Made by a program: the position numbers and the translations under genes. From positions 44,776 to 108,775 of the forward strand of contig CAVZVU010000001.1 in NCBI GenBank assembly GCA_963778795.1: a stretch of 64,000 bases of DNA, given 5' to 3'. Shown in pieces: positions 10,744 to 20,260 of this stretch (the first letter of the stretch is position 1; every line of letters starts with the position of its first letter). A model generated the notes under the pieces. That model saw nothing but the letters and a program-made list of their open reading frames with translations, did not search any database and was not told the origin of the DNA. The DNA comes from an uncultured Pseudomonadota bacterium (GTDB lineage Bacteria > Myxococcota_A > Polyangia > Fen-1088).

Positions 10744-12240
10744 CTAGGGGCACCCGGTCTTCACGACGCCGGGGATGCACTGGGCGCACGAGACCGAGGT
10801 CTGCAGGCCGCTCGGCAGCGGATCGGTGCCCCGGTTCACGTTGAGGATCAGGAAGTTGCCCGGGCACTTGTTGGCGTCGACGTCGAGCGACCAGCAGGGC
10901 GGGGTGTTCCCGTTCACTGAACAGGCCTGCAGCGCGGTCGCAAAGGTCTTTCCACTGTCGACATAGTGATCGGTGACCTGGCACTCAGGCTGAATGCCGG
11001 GCGCGTTCGTGTCGGTGTCGACCAGGTTGTTGCCGATGCACTGCGGGCCGAGCAGCTTGCCGAGCTCGGTGGCGATCAGCTGCAGCGAGGGGGCGAACGA
11101 GTTCGCGCAGATCGTCTGCGCCAGGCCGTGGTTGCCGAAGGCCTCGACCCACTGCTGGATGCGGACCGACGGGTCGGCATACTCGCCGCTGTTCTGGGTG
11201 CAGGAGTGGACGATGCTGGGGTGCATCTCCGTGTCCATGCCCTGCTGGATCATCTCGATGCTGTAGGGGGTCGCCGGGCCGGTGATGGCAGCGACGAAGA
11301 TTTGGTTCGGATCGGTCTTCAGGCCCTTGAGGAACGAGATCTCGTCGGAGAGCTTGGTGAGCCGTCCGCTCGAGGTGTCGTTGGAGATGCAGCCCTGCAG
11401 GTTGTTCATGGCCGGGCCACGCGGCGGCGGCTGCAGCGTTCCGTTGATGTTGCAGAGGTGACCGAACTCGTTGCAGCGCCACGACCAGAGCGGCCCCAGC
11501 TCCGAGGACATCGTGGTCTGGGTCGGATCGACCATGTTCGAGTCGTCGGGGACCGAGCAGTCGTCCTCGTTGGTGATCAAGATGACCGCGAGGAACGCCT
11601 CGGGGCGAAGGAAGCCTTCGTTCCCGGGCGGAACGTTATTCGGGTCGAGCGCCCAGCGCACCGACTTCAACTGACCCTCGAAGCCGCACCCCTGGTCGCC
11701 GAGCGCGGCGATACAGGTGAAGGCGGCGCTGATGTCACCTTGGTAGTTCTTGACACCCTGGTTCATCGACGCGCTCAGGTAGGTCTGGCCGTTCGGCAGC
11801 GGCGGCGTCGCGCAGCCACCCCGCGGCGTCGATTGAAACTGGCCGCGATCGCCGCCGAACGCGCAGTGGTAGGTCGGCAGGTCGAACTTGCCAGGACCGG
11901 TATCGGACGACACGACGGCGACGTGGATGTCGGGCAGGCCCGTCCCATTTCCCTCGCCGGTCGGCAGTGCCTTGAGCACGTCCATGAAGACCGGGAACTG
12001 CATCAGCAGCTTGGCCTGCAACGGCAGCATCGACTGCGAGTTGTCGACCATGAAGAGGATGTCGATCTTCCGATTCAGCGTCGCCTGGAAGGTGTTGTTG
12101 ACCACCGAGGTCGGATTGGGCGTCGGAGCCTCGAACGTCCGCGAGTTGCAGGCCCAGATCAGCGGCAGCGCTGAAGCGACCGCAACCCAGCGAGTCACAG
12201 CCCATACACGGCGCCAGCGAATCGGAACGAGACCCTTCAT
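10744..12240 (-). CDS. secreted lipoprotein with VWA/MIDAS-like N-terminal motif (hypothetical)
   Basis: Start at ATG 12240 behind GAGGAGGA. Signal/lipobox is VAVASALPLIWAC. DILFMVDNSQSM resembles a VWA DxSxS MIDAS motif. The C-terminal half is Cys-rich. Confidence 0.45.
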   Translation of the reverse strand: MKGLVPIRWRRVWAVTRWVAVASALPLIWACNSRTFEAPTPNPTSVVNNTFQATLNRKIDILFMVDNSQSMLPLQAKLLMQFPVFMDVLKALPTGEGNGTGLPDIHVAVVSSDTGPGKFDLPTYHCAFGGDRGQFQSTPRGGCATPPLPNGQTYLSASMNQGVKNYQGDISAAFTCIAALGDQGCGFEGQLKSVRWALDPNNVPPGNEGFLRPEAFLAVILITNEDDCSVPDDSNMVDPTQTTMSSELGPLWSWRCNEFGHLCNINGTLQPPPRGPAMNNLQGCISNDTSSGRLTKLSDEISFLKGLKTDPNQIFVAAITGPATPYSIEMIQQGMDTEMHPSIVHSCTQNSGEYADPSVRIQQWVEAFGNHGLAQTICANSFAPSLQLIATELGKLLGPQCIGNNLVDTDTNAPGIQPECQVTDHYVDSGKTFATALQACSVNGNTPPCWSLDVDANKCPGNFLILNVNRGTDPLPSGLQTSVSCAQCIPGVVKTGCP

Positions 12241-12516
12241 TTGATCCTCCTCAGACGAAGCCACTAAAAACAGACGAGATGCGAGATGACGGGGGGCGGG
12301 GACGGCCCGCGAAAATCGGCGGCGGACGAGTCCTGAAAAACCGGGCGATTATAGGGAGTTCTCTTTTCCATCGCAATCATCCAATCGCCGATTCCGAGAC
12401 TCGTCGCTCCTGGTGTCTAAGCAAGGTGCGGGCCGGGTTCGCCCGATGTAAGGGTCGATAATCTCATGGGTTCAGTGCCGGCGCCGACAACTTTGTTGGC
12501 GGCCGTCTCAACCGAG

Positions 12517-12552
12517 TTGCCGGTCGTCTTGCCGGTCGTCTTGCCGGAAGTG
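12517..12552. repeat. 12-bp tandem repeat TTGCCGGTCGTC (2 perfect + 1 partial), intergenic
   Basis: Read directly: ttgccggtcgtc ttgccggtcgtc ttgccggaagtg. It lies in the 356-bp gap upstream of the VWA-like gene. Confidence 0.7.
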
Positions 12553-12596
12553 GCGCGGCCGGCGTGCGCGCCGCCACGCGGGGCACGGCCTGCGGG

Positions 12597-13217
12597 TCAG
12601 CGAGGCCGAACCCGGGCGATGCCACACAACATCTCTCCGGCGAAGTAGCGAGTCCCGTCAGGATCGCTGAGTCGCTTGGGCCGCAGGAAGCTGTTGATGA
12701 TCTCGCCGCGCTCGTCGCGGCGCGCCAGTGGTTGGTGCGGGTCGACGTAGCCGCGCTGCAGCTGTCCGTCGCGCGCCTCGACGAAGGTGATCCGCCCGCG
12801 GGCATCCATTTCGACCACGATGCCGAGGCGGTCGGCGCAGTCGAGGTCGCTGTCGCCGCGGCTGAGCGTGTCGAAAAAGACAACATCCCCGGCGCGCACG
12901 CCGTCGGACTCGACCAGCTCGTGGGAGGTCCGCATGTAGCCCCAGAGCGCGCCGGCCGTGCCGTCGGTACCGAAGCGGAAGCCGGCGGCGTGGATCCGAT
13001 CGACCACCATCGCGGCCGTCTTGTCGCCGCTGGCCAGTGTTCGTTGGTGGGCTCGGGGCGCCGCCCGCGTCACCCCCGGCTGCTGGTGGCGCGCCGACAG
13101 GAACACCGGTGAGGCGATCCGCCGCGCCGGGGGACCCGAGGCACAGCCGGCGAGCAGCGGCGCCCCCAGCAGTCCGGCCAGCAGGCCGATCCTCAGCCGT
13201 CGCAGCGGGAGCCTCAT
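12597..13217 (-). CDS. lipoprotein, hypothetical (possibly distant NlpC/P60-like)
   Basis: 206 aa with lipobox LLGAPLLAGCASG. The GDVVFFD...LGIVVE pattern is reminiscent of NlpC/P60, but I could not find a clear catalytic Cys motif. Confidence 0.45.
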   Translation of the reverse strand: MRLPLRRLRIGLLAGLLGAPLLAGCASGPPARRIASPVFLSARHQQPGVTRAAPRAHQRTLASGDKTAAMVVDRIHAAGFRFGTDGTAGALWGYMRTSHELVESDGVRAGDVVFFDTLSRGDSDLDCADRLGIVVEMDARGRITFVEARDGQLQRGYVDPHQPLARRDERGEIINSFLRPKRLSDPDGTRYFAGEMLCGIARVRPR

Positions 13218-13235
13218 CCTGCCGCCATGCTAGAG

Positions 13236-13257
13236 CATGTAGGCCTGAAGTCTACAT
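13236..13257. promoter_or_regulatory. candidate operator palindrome upstream of the thiolase operon
   Basis: ATGTAG-N9-CTACAT inverted repeat about 45 bp upstream of ATG 13302. Only 6-bp arms, so support is weak. Confidence 0.2.
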
Positions 13258-13301
13258 TTTGACCGCCTCCCCGGGGCACGCGCGTGAGGGGAGGCGCTAG
13301 A

Positions 13302-14492
13302 ATGACCGTGATGAGAGATGTGATGGTCATCGGAAGCGCCCGCACGCCCATAGGCGCCTTCCAGGGTGAGCTTGGCTCGGTCTCCGCACCTCAGCTGGGG
13401 GCGGTAGCGATTCGCGCCGCTCTCGAGCGTGCCCGAGTCGCTGGCGACGCGGTCGGGGAGGTCTACCTCGGCTGCGTGTTGCCGGCTGGTCAAGGGCAGG
13501 CCCCGGCGCGCCAGGCGTCCATCGCCGCCGGGATCCCGAATTCGGTCGGCGCGGTCACGATCAACAAAGTCTGTGGGTCAGGCTTGAAGGCGGTCGTCTT
13601 CGGCGCCAACGCCCTGGCGACCGGGGAGCACGACGTCGTCGTCGCCGGCGGGATGGAGTCGATGACCAACGCCCCCTACTTGATCCCGAAGGCGCGCGAA
13701 GGGCTACGGCTCGGCCACGGGCAGTTGATCGATTCGATGATCCACGATGGGCTCTGGGACGCGTACGGCAACGTGCACATGGGCGAGTGCGGTGAGCTGT
13801 GTGCGCGCGAGAACAACATCAGCCGCGCCGAGCAGGACGCGTTCGCCGCCGAATCGTACCGGCGCGCGCGGGCGGCCGACGCCGCCGGCAAGTTCCGCGG
13901 CGAGATCGTCCCGGTCGAGGTCGCGCAGCGCAAGGGGCCGCCGCGCGTGATCGCCACCGACGAGGGACCGCGCCGCGGCGACGTCGAGAAGCTAGCCACT
14001 CTGCGGCCCGCGTTTCGCAAGGACGGAACCATCACCGCGGGCAACGCCTCGTCGCTCAACGACGGTGCGGCCGCGGTCGTGCTGGCGGGGGCCGACGTCG
14101 TCAAGGCGCGCGGCCTGACGCCGATCGCGCGCATCGTCGGGTCGGCCGGGCACGCGCAGGCGCCCGAGTGGTTCACGACGGCGCCCGCGGGCGCGATCGG
14201 CCGGCTGCTCGACAAAATTGGCTGGCGGGTCGCGGATGTGGATCTCTGGGAGATAAATGAAGCCTTCGCCGTGGTGTCGCTGGTGAATAACCGTTTGCTG
14301 GGGCTGGATCCGGCGCGGGTCAACGTCTGGGGCGGCGCGGTCGCGCTCGGGCACCCGATCGGCGCCAGCGGCGCGCGGTTGCTGGTGACGCTGCTGGCGG
14401 CGCTGCGCGACGCCGGCAAGCGGCGCGGCGTCGTCTCGCTGTGCATCGGCGGCGGCGAGGCGATCGCGGTAGCCGTGGAGCTGGCTTCGTGA
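13302..14492 (+). CDS. acetyl-CoA C-acetyltransferase (thiolase)
   Basis: ATG 13302 follows GGGAGG. Thiolase motifs present: NKVCGSGLKA (active Cys), GGMESMT, NEAFA, GHPIGASGAR and CIGGGEA. Confidence 0.93.
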   Translation: MTVMRDVMVIGSARTPIGAFQGELGSVSAPQLGAVAIRAALERARVAGDAVGEVYLGCVLPAGQGQAPARQASIAAGIPNSVGAVTINKVCGSGLKAVVFGANALATGEHDVVVAGGMESMTNAPYLIPKAREGLRLGHGQLIDSMIHDGLWDAYGNVHMGECGELCARENNISRAEQDAFAAESYRRARAADAAGKFRGEIVPVEVAQRKGPPRVIATDEGPRRGDVEKLATLRPAFRKDGTITAGNASSLNDGAAAVVLAGADVVKARGLTPIARIVGSAGHAQAPEWFTTAPAGAIGRLLDKIGWRVADVDLWEINEAFAVVSLVNNRLLGLDPARVNVWGGAVALGHPIGASGARLLVTLLAALRDAGKRRGVVSLCIGGGEAIAVAVELAS

Positions 14493-15400
14493 GCCCGCCG
14501 GCGCCTTCGATCGAACGACTCGGCGTCATCGGAGCGGGGCAGATGGGCCGCGGCATCGCCCAGCTGGCGGCGGTGCGCGGCCTGGCGGTGACGCTGGTCG
14601 ACTCGAGCCGAGACCTGGCCGAGCGGGGCCGGGCGGTCATCGCGGGCCACCTCGGGCAGCTGGTCGAGAAGAAGAAGATCGCTGCCGAGGAGCGCGACGC
14701 CGCCCTGGCGCGCATCGTCCCGGCCGACATCTACGCCGGCGATCTCGAGAGCGTCGACTTCGTCGTCGAGGCCGCCACCGAGAACATCGATCTCAAGCGG
14801 GAGATCTTCGGCGCGCTCGACCAGGCGTGCCGCCCCGGCGTCATTCTGGCGACCAACACGTCGTCGATCAGCATCACCGGGATCGGCGCCGCGGTGACCC
14901 GCCCCGATCGGGTGATCGGGATGCACTTCATGAACCCGCCGCCGATCATGAAGCTGGTCGAGATCATCCGTGGCCTGCCGACGTCCGACGCGACCTACGA
15001 GACGACGCGCGCGCTCGCCGAGCGGCTGGGCAAGACCACGGTCGTCTCGCGCGACATCCCCGGCTTCGTCGTGAACCGCATCCTGATGCCGATGCTCAAC
15101 GAAGCCTGCTTCGCCCTGTTCGAGGGGATTGCCGTCGAGAAAGACATCGACGTCGCGATCCAGCTCGGCCTCAACCACCCGATGGGACCGTGCGCCCTCA
15201 TGGATCTGATCGGGCTCGACACCACGCTCGCGATCCTCGAGGTTCTGCACCGCGAGCTCGGCGACCCCAAGTATCGGCCCTGCCCGCTGTTGCGCCAGTA
15301 CGTCGCCGCCGGGTGGCTGGGGCGGAAGGCGGGCCGCGGCTTTTACCACTACCCAGCGGCCCCGAGGCCGGTCGGCACGCCGGCCGCGGAGAGCAAATGA
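14489..15400 (+). CDS. 3-hydroxybutyryl/3-hydroxyacyl-CoA dehydrogenase
   Basis: GTG 14489 overlaps the thiolase stop (GTGA). NAD fold GVIGAGQMGRGIAQ is present, along with NTSSISIT and GFVVNRIL, all typical of Hbd. Confidence 0.9.
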   Translation: MSPPAPSIERLGVIGAGQMGRGIAQLAAVRGLAVTLVDSSRDLAERGRAVIAGHLGQLVEKKKIAAEERDAALARIVPADIYAGDLESVDFVVEAATENIDLKREIFGALDQACRPGVILATNTSSISITGIGAAVTRPDRVIGMHFMNPPPIMKLVEIIRGLPTSDATYETTRALAERLGKTTVVSRDIPGFVVNRILMPMLNEACFALFEGIAVEKDIDVAIQLGLNHPMGPCALMDLIGLDTTLAILEVLHRELGDPKYRPCPLLRQYVAAGWLGRKAGRGFYHYPAAPRPVGTPAAESK

Positions 15401-16179
15401 CCGACAGCGGGATCTTCGTCGACGCGGGCGGCCCGATCGCGACCGTCACCATCAATCGCCCGCAGGTGTTGAACGCGCTCGACGAGGTCACGCTGCGCGA
15501 GCTGGTGGCCGCGTTCGCCGGGCTGGCCGAGGCGCCCGACCTGCGGTGCGTGATCGTCACCGGCGCCGGCCCCAAGGCCTTCGTCGCCGGCGCCGACATC
15601 GGCGCGATGGCCGGGCTGGGGCCGCGCGACGCGCGCGCGCTCGCCGAGCTGGGCCACGAGGTGGGCGACGCGATCGAGGCGCTCGCCGTGCCGGTGATCG
15701 CGGCGGTCGGCGGCTTCGCGCTCGGCGCCGGTTGCGAGCTGGCGCTGGCGTGTGACTTCATCTACGCGTCCAGCGCGGCCAAGTTCGGCCAGCCCGAGGT
15801 GAACCTGGGCGTGATCCCTGGCTTCGGCGGGACGCAGCGGCTGGCGCGCCGGATCGGCCTCGGGCGCGCGCGCGAGCTGGTCTACACCGGCGCGATCATC
15901 CCGGCGGCCGAGGCGCTGCGCATCGGGCTGGTCAACGCCGTCGTCGAGCCGGCCGACCTCATGCCGCGCGTGCGCGCCGTGGCCGAGACGATCGCCACCA
16001 AGCCGCCGCTCGCCGTGGCCGACGCCAAGCGAGCCTTGCGCCTGGGCGCCGACATGCCGCTGGCGGCCGCGAACGAGCTGGAGCGGCACCTGTTCGCCGG
16101 CCTGTTCGCGACCGCCGATCAGAAAGAGGGGATGCAGGCCTTCGTCGAAAAGCGTCCCGCGAAGTTTCAAGGGCGCTAG
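15397..16179 (+). CDS. enoyl-CoA hydratase (crotonase family)
   Basis: ATGA overlap with the hbd stop. 260 aa with VTINRPQVLNAL, GGFALGAGCELALACDF and GVIPGFGGTQRL. Confidence 0.9.
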   Translation: MTDSGIFVDAGGPIATVTINRPQVLNALDEVTLRELVAAFAGLAEAPDLRCVIVTGAGPKAFVAGADIGAMAGLGPRDARALAELGHEVGDAIEALAVPVIAAVGGFALGAGCELALACDFIYASSAAKFGQPEVNLGVIPGFGGTQRLARRIGLGRARELVYTGAIIPAAEALRIGLVNAVVEPADLMPRVRAVAETIATKPPLAVADAKRALRLGADMPLAAANELERHLFAGLFATADQKEGMQAFVEKRPAKFQGR

Positions 16180-16246
16180 CACGGTCGATAGCAAGATCGA
16201 TGGCAAGGTCGCCAAGACGACCGAAGGTCGCTAACATGGGACGGCC

Positions 16247-17389
16247 ATGGATCTGGATCTGACCCCCGAGCAGAAGCTGATTCGCGATACCGCCCGCGGG
16301 CTGGCGACGAACGAGATCGCCAAGGTCGCCGCGCAGATCGATCGCGAGCACCGTTTTCCGCGCGAGATCGTCGCCAAGCTGGGCGAGCTCGGCATGCTGG
16401 GCGTCGCGGTGCCCGAACGCTGGGGCGGCGCGGGGATGGACAACGTCAGCTACGCGCTGGCCGTCGAGGAGATCTCGCGCGGGTGTGCGTCGACGGGCGT
16501 GATCATGTCGGTGCAGAACTCGCTGGTCTGCGATCCGATCTTGACCTTCGGGAACGACGAGCAGCGCCAGCGCTGGCTGCCCGGGTTGGCCTCCGGCAAG
16601 AAGCTCGGCTGCTTCGCGCTGTCGGAGCCCGACGCCGGTTCGGACGCGGCGGCGCAGAAGACGACCGCGGTGCCCGAGGGCGCCGGCTGGCGGCTGAACG
16701 GCACCAAGAACTTCATCACCAACGGACCGGTCTCGAACGTCGTCCTGGTTTTCGCCATGACCGAGCCCGCGCGCGGCAACCGCGGCATCTCGGCCTTCGT
16801 GGTCGCCGCCGACGCGCCGGGGATCAAGTTCGGTCCCGCCGACGACAAGATGGGGATCCGGGGCGCGCCGTCGTGTCAGATCTTTTTCACCGACTGCGTG
16901 GTTGCGGGCGACGCGCTGCTGGGCGCGCCCGGCGACGGATTCAAGATCGCGATGCGCACGCTCGACGGCGGGCGCATCGGGATCGGCGCGCAGGCGGTCG
17001 GGATCGCGCGCGCCGCCTTCGAGGACGCCACACGCTACGCGCTGGAGCGCAAGACCTTCGGCCAGCCGATCGCCGAGCACCAGGCGATTCAATTCAAGCT
17101 GGCCGACATGTGCACGGAGATCGACGCCGCCCGCCTGCTGGTCTGGCGGGCCGCGGTCAAGAAGGACGCCGGCCAGCGCTACACGACCGAATCGTCGATG
17201 GCCAAGCTGTTCGCGTCCGAGGTTGCCAACCGCGTCGCGAAGGAAGCGGTTCAGGTCTTCGGCGGCTACGGATACCTGACCGATTTCCCCGTCGAGCGGC
17301 ACTTTCGTGACGCGAAAATTACGGAAATCTACGAAGGCACCAGCGAGATTCAGCGCCTGGTCATCGCTTCGGCCTTGCTGAAGGACTAG
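16247..17389 (+). CDS. short-chain (butyryl-CoA-type) acyl-CoA dehydrogenase
   Basis: 380 aa with ALSEPDAGSD, a C-terminal GGYGYLTDFPVERHFRDAKITEIYEGTSEIQR, and ACAD architecture throughout. Confidence 0.92.
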   Translation: MDLDLTPEQKLIRDTARGLATNEIAKVAAQIDREHRFPREIVAKLGELGMLGVAVPERWGGAGMDNVSYALAVEEISRGCASTGVIMSVQNSLVCDPILTFGNDEQRQRWLPGLASGKKLGCFALSEPDAGSDAAAQKTTAVPEGAGWRLNGTKNFITNGPVSNVVLVFAMTEPARGNRGISAFVVAADAPGIKFGPADDKMGIRGAPSCQIFFTDCVVAGDALLGAPGDGFKIAMRTLDGGRIGIGAQAVGIARAAFEDATRYALERKTFGQPIAEHQAIQFKLADMCTEIDAARLLVWRAAVKKDAGQRYTTESSMAKLFASEVANRVAKEAVQVFGGYGYLTDFPVERHFRDAKITEIYEGTSEIQRLVIASALLKD

Positions 17390-17449
17390 CGCTGGCGCTA
17401 AGTTCCGGCTCGGACCGGGTGAATCGCCTAGGGTCCAAGAGGAGGATCC

Positions 17450-17926
17450 ATGCGGCGCAAGACGCTACGCCCGACCGGTTTCGCCCCGGCTATTTTCTCG
17501 ATGCGGTCGTTTTTTTCGTTGCTGTCGATTTTCTCGATGGCGAGCTTTTCTTGCGCCGAAACGTCGAACGACCAGCACGTACGCATTGTGAGAAACGCGG
17601 AAGAGCCGGCGGCGGTCCTGGGTGGGATCCCACCCGACAAGCAGGCCGAGATTCAGCTGGTGCTCCAGCAGCGGGACACCTCGACGCTCAAGTGCTACCA
17701 GGACGTACTCAACGACAAGCACGACCGCGCCTTCAAGGGGACGGTGTTCGTGATGCTGACGATCGAGCCCTCGGGGACGGCGTCGGACGTCAGCGTGGTC
17801 GGCGGCAGCCTCAACAACCCCGAGGTCGGCCAGTGTTTGGTCTCCAAGATAAAGGAATTCGAGTTTCCGGCGATCCCCAATAAGGGATCGATGCAGTACG
17901 AGTACCGCTTCCAGCCTGCCTACTAG
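17450..17926 (+). CDS. secreted AgmX/PglI C-terminal (TonB_C-like) domain protein
   Basis: ATG follows GGAGGA and a signal peptide is present. The C-terminal ...KCYQDVL...GTVFVMLTIEPSGTASDVSVVGGSLNNPEVGQCLVSKIKEFEFPA... matches the myxobacterial AgmX/PglI tail pattern as I recall it. Confidence 0.6.
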   Translation: MRRKTLRPTGFAPAIFSMRSFFSLLSIFSMASFSCAETSNDQHVRIVRNAEEPAAVLGGIPPDKQAEIQLVLQQRDTSTLKCYQDVLNDKHDRAFKGTVFVMLTIEPSGTASDVSVVGGSLNNPEVGQCLVSKIKEFEFPAIPNKGSMQYEYRFQPAY

Positions 17927-18039
17927 TTGAGCTTGGGGAGGCGCGCAGGCCACCCGCGGGGGCGCCTGCGGTCCCTGATGTATTGCGGGCGGAGCCGTGA
18001 TTGGCTTTGCTTTCCGTTCGGCACTACCCAGAGGAGAGA

Positions 18040-18855
18040 ATGAGTAGTAAGCACACAGCGACGACGCTCGTCATGGTGGCCGCCGTGGGGTTTTGGGGGT
18101 GCGGGCACGGAGAGGGGACGAAGAGGGCGCAACGCGGACCGCAGCGACGGGTGGCGGCAGCCGCGGCGCCCCGCCCGGCGACGCCGCCGCCCGAGATGCA
18201 GCTGCAGAGCGAGCTGGGCGTCGTCGAGACGGCCGACGTGGAAGAGGTCATCGAGGGGCACTTCGAGGAGATTCGGGGCTGCTATCAGCGCGCCGGTAAG
18301 GCCCAGCGATACGCCGGCGGCACGGTCACGCTGCGCTTCGTCGTGAGCGGCAGCGGCCAGACCGAGGATGTTCTCGTCATCGCCTCGGACCTGGGCAACT
18401 ACAGCGTCGAGCGCTGCCTGGTCGAGGTGGGGCGGCGGCTCGAGTTCAAGGCTCCGGCCGGCAACAAGGCGACCACCTTCGACTACCCGGTCGAGTTTCG
18501 CTCGACGCACGAGATGGCGGTGCTGGATCTGGACGGCACCAAGATCGAACACGAGCTCTCGGGCCTGCTGCCGCGGCTGGCGGCGTGCGGCCGCCTGGCC
18601 AGCGACGTCGTCACCGCGATCATGTACATCGAGCCGAACGGATTTCCCGGCTCGGTCGGGCTAGCCGCCGCGACCAACCTCGACGAAGGGGTCGCCGATT
18701 GCATCGTTCACACCATCCGCCACTCGCGCATGTCGACGGTGCTGCCGGGGCGGGTCCTGCGCTGCAACTTCAGCATCCCCGGCGTGGTCGCTAGCGCCGA
18801 GCCCTCGACGCGGCACGGAGCTTCGAGTGTCGCCGCCCATAAGCGGCATAGATGA
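18040..18855 (+). CDS. lipoprotein with two AgmX/PglI C-terminal (TonB_C-like) modules
   Basis: ATG 18040 follows GGAGAG. Lipobox is VAAVGFWGCG. Module 1 reads IRGCYQRA...GTVTLRFVVSGSGQTEDVLV...VERCLVEVGRRLEFKAP. Module 2 reads ...VVTAIMYIEPNGFPGSVGL...VADCIVHTI.... The 3' end overlaps the convergent permease gene by 65 bp. Confidence 0.6.
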   Translation: MSSKHTATTLVMVAAVGFWGCGHGEGTKRAQRGPQRRVAAAAAPRPATPPPEMQLQSELGVVETADVEEVIEGHFEEIRGCYQRAGKAQRYAGGTVTLRFVVSGSGQTEDVLVIASDLGNYSVERCLVEVGRRLEFKAPAGNKATTFDYPVEFRSTHEMAVLDLDGTKIEHELSGLLPRLAACGRLASDVVTAIMYIEPNGFPGSVGLAAATNLDEGVADCIVHTIRHSRMSTVLPGRVLRCNFSIPGVVASAEPSTRHGASSVAAHKRHR

Positions 18856-20260
18856 CCAGTCCGATCGCCATCCAGATGACCAGACGCAGCTGGGTGTCGC
18901 CGCCGCTCGACATGATGATGTAGAGGGCCGACGCCGCGCCGCACAGCGGGACGATGTAGGGACCGCCGGGGAAGCGAAACGCGCGCGGGATGTCGGGGCG
19001 CTTCACGCGCAGGATCATCACGCCCAGGCTGACCAGCACGAACGCGAACAGCGTCCCGATCGACACCAGGTGGCCGAGCACGCCGATCGGCAGCAGGCCG
19101 CCCGCGATCGCGCAACCGACGCCGGTGATGATCGTCGTGATGTAGGGGGTGCCGAAGCGCGGATGCACCTTGGTGGCGAACTGGGGGAACAGCCCGTCCA
19201 TCGCCATCGAGAAGAAGACCCGCGGCTGGCCCATGAGCATCACGATCATCACCGACGAGAGGCCGGCGACGGCGCCGATCTCCACCGCTGCCTCGAGCCA
19301 GCCCACGCCCATGGCCCGCGCGCCATAGCCGACCGGGTGCGGGACCGACAGCTGGTTGAACGGGACGACGCCGGTCAGCACCAGCGACGCCGCGATGTAC
19401 AGCACCGTGCAGATCGCCAGCGATCCGAGGATGCCGATAGGCAGATCCCGCTGCGGGTTCTTGGTTTCCTGGGCGGCGGTCGAGACGGCGTCGAAGCCTA
19501 TGTACGCAAAGAAGACCGCCGAGGCGCCGCGCATGATCCCCGAGAAGCCGAAGCGCCCCGGTCCCTCATTGGGTGGGATGAACGGGTGCCAGTTCTCGGG
19601 CCGCACGTGGCCGATGCCGACGCCGATGAACATCAGCACGACGATCACCTTCACGTACACGATCACCCCGTTGAAGCGCGCCGACTCTTTGATGCCGACG
19701 ACGAGAATGATCGTGGCCAGCATGGTGACGAAGACCGCCGGCACGTTGAGGTAGGCACCCGTCGTGATGAACTTGCGCGCGATCTCGTCGTAGGCGAACG
19801 GGGCGGTGGTCCAGGCTACCGGCAGATCCACGTGGACGAAGTCGCGGCAGAACGCCACGACGTATCCCGACCATCCGACGCTGACCGTGGCGGCGCCCAT
19901 GGCGTATTCGAGGATCAGGTCCCACCCGATGGCCCAGGCGACCAGCTCGCCCATCGTCGCGTAGGAATAGGTGTACGCGCTGCCGGCGATCGGAATCATC
20001 GACGCCATCTCCGCGTAGCAGAGCCCGGCGAAGGCCGACGCGATCCCGGCGACGACGAACGACAGCACGACCGCCGGCCCCGCGTTGGCGGCGGCGGCGT
20101 GGCCGGTGATCACGAAGATCCCGGTGCCGATGATCGCTCCGATCCCCAGCAGCACCAGGTCGGTGGCGGTCAGCGTTCGTTTGAGCCCGTGCGAGCTCTC
20201 GGAGTCGCTGCGGAGTTGGTCGACCGACTTGGTCGCGAATAGCGGATTCGAGCTAGGCAT
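18791..20260 (-). CDS. APC-family amino acid permease (cationic amino acid transporter-like)
   Basis: 489 aa, polytopic. N-terminal LKRTLTATDLVLLGIGAIIGTGIFVITG and ...SFVVAGIASAFAGLCYAEMASMIPIAGSAYTYSY are typical of APC/CAT transporters. Confidence 0.88.
   Translation of the reverse strand: MPSSNPLFATKSVDQLRSDSESSHGLKRTLTATDLVLLGIGAIIGTGIFVITGHAAAANAGPAVVLSFVVAGIASAFAGLCYAEMASMIPIAGSAYTYSYATMGELVAWAIGWDLILEYAMGAATVSVGWSGYVVAFCRDFVHVDLPVAWTTAPFAYDEIARKFITTGAYLNVPAVFVTMLATIILVVGIKESARFNGVIVYVKVIVVLMFIGVGIGHVRPENWHPFIPPNEGPGRFGFSGIMRGASAVFFAYIGFDAVSTAAQETKNPQRDLPIGILGSLAICTVLYIAASLVLTGVVPFNQLSVPHPVGYGARAMGVGWLEAAVEIGAVAGLSSVMIVMLMGQPRVFFSMAMDGLFPQFATKVHPRFGTPYITTIITGVGCAIAGGLLPIGVLGHLVSIGTLFAFVLVSLGVMILRVKRPDIPRAFRFPGGPYIVPLCGAASALYIIMSSGGDTQLRLVIWMAIGLVIYAAYGRRHSKLRAASRARR

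Noticed and set aside
13676-15349. Long antisense or off-frame ORFs across the window, e.g. 409..1131(+), 13676..15349(-), 15959..17302(-), 35484..37598(+ first part), 51134..52516(-) and 61535..63493(-).
   Set aside because: Their products are Arg/Ala/Pro/Gly-rich low-complexity sequences, typical of alternative frames in high-GC DNA. They lie opposite or out of frame to genes with clear family motifs and much higher third-position GC.
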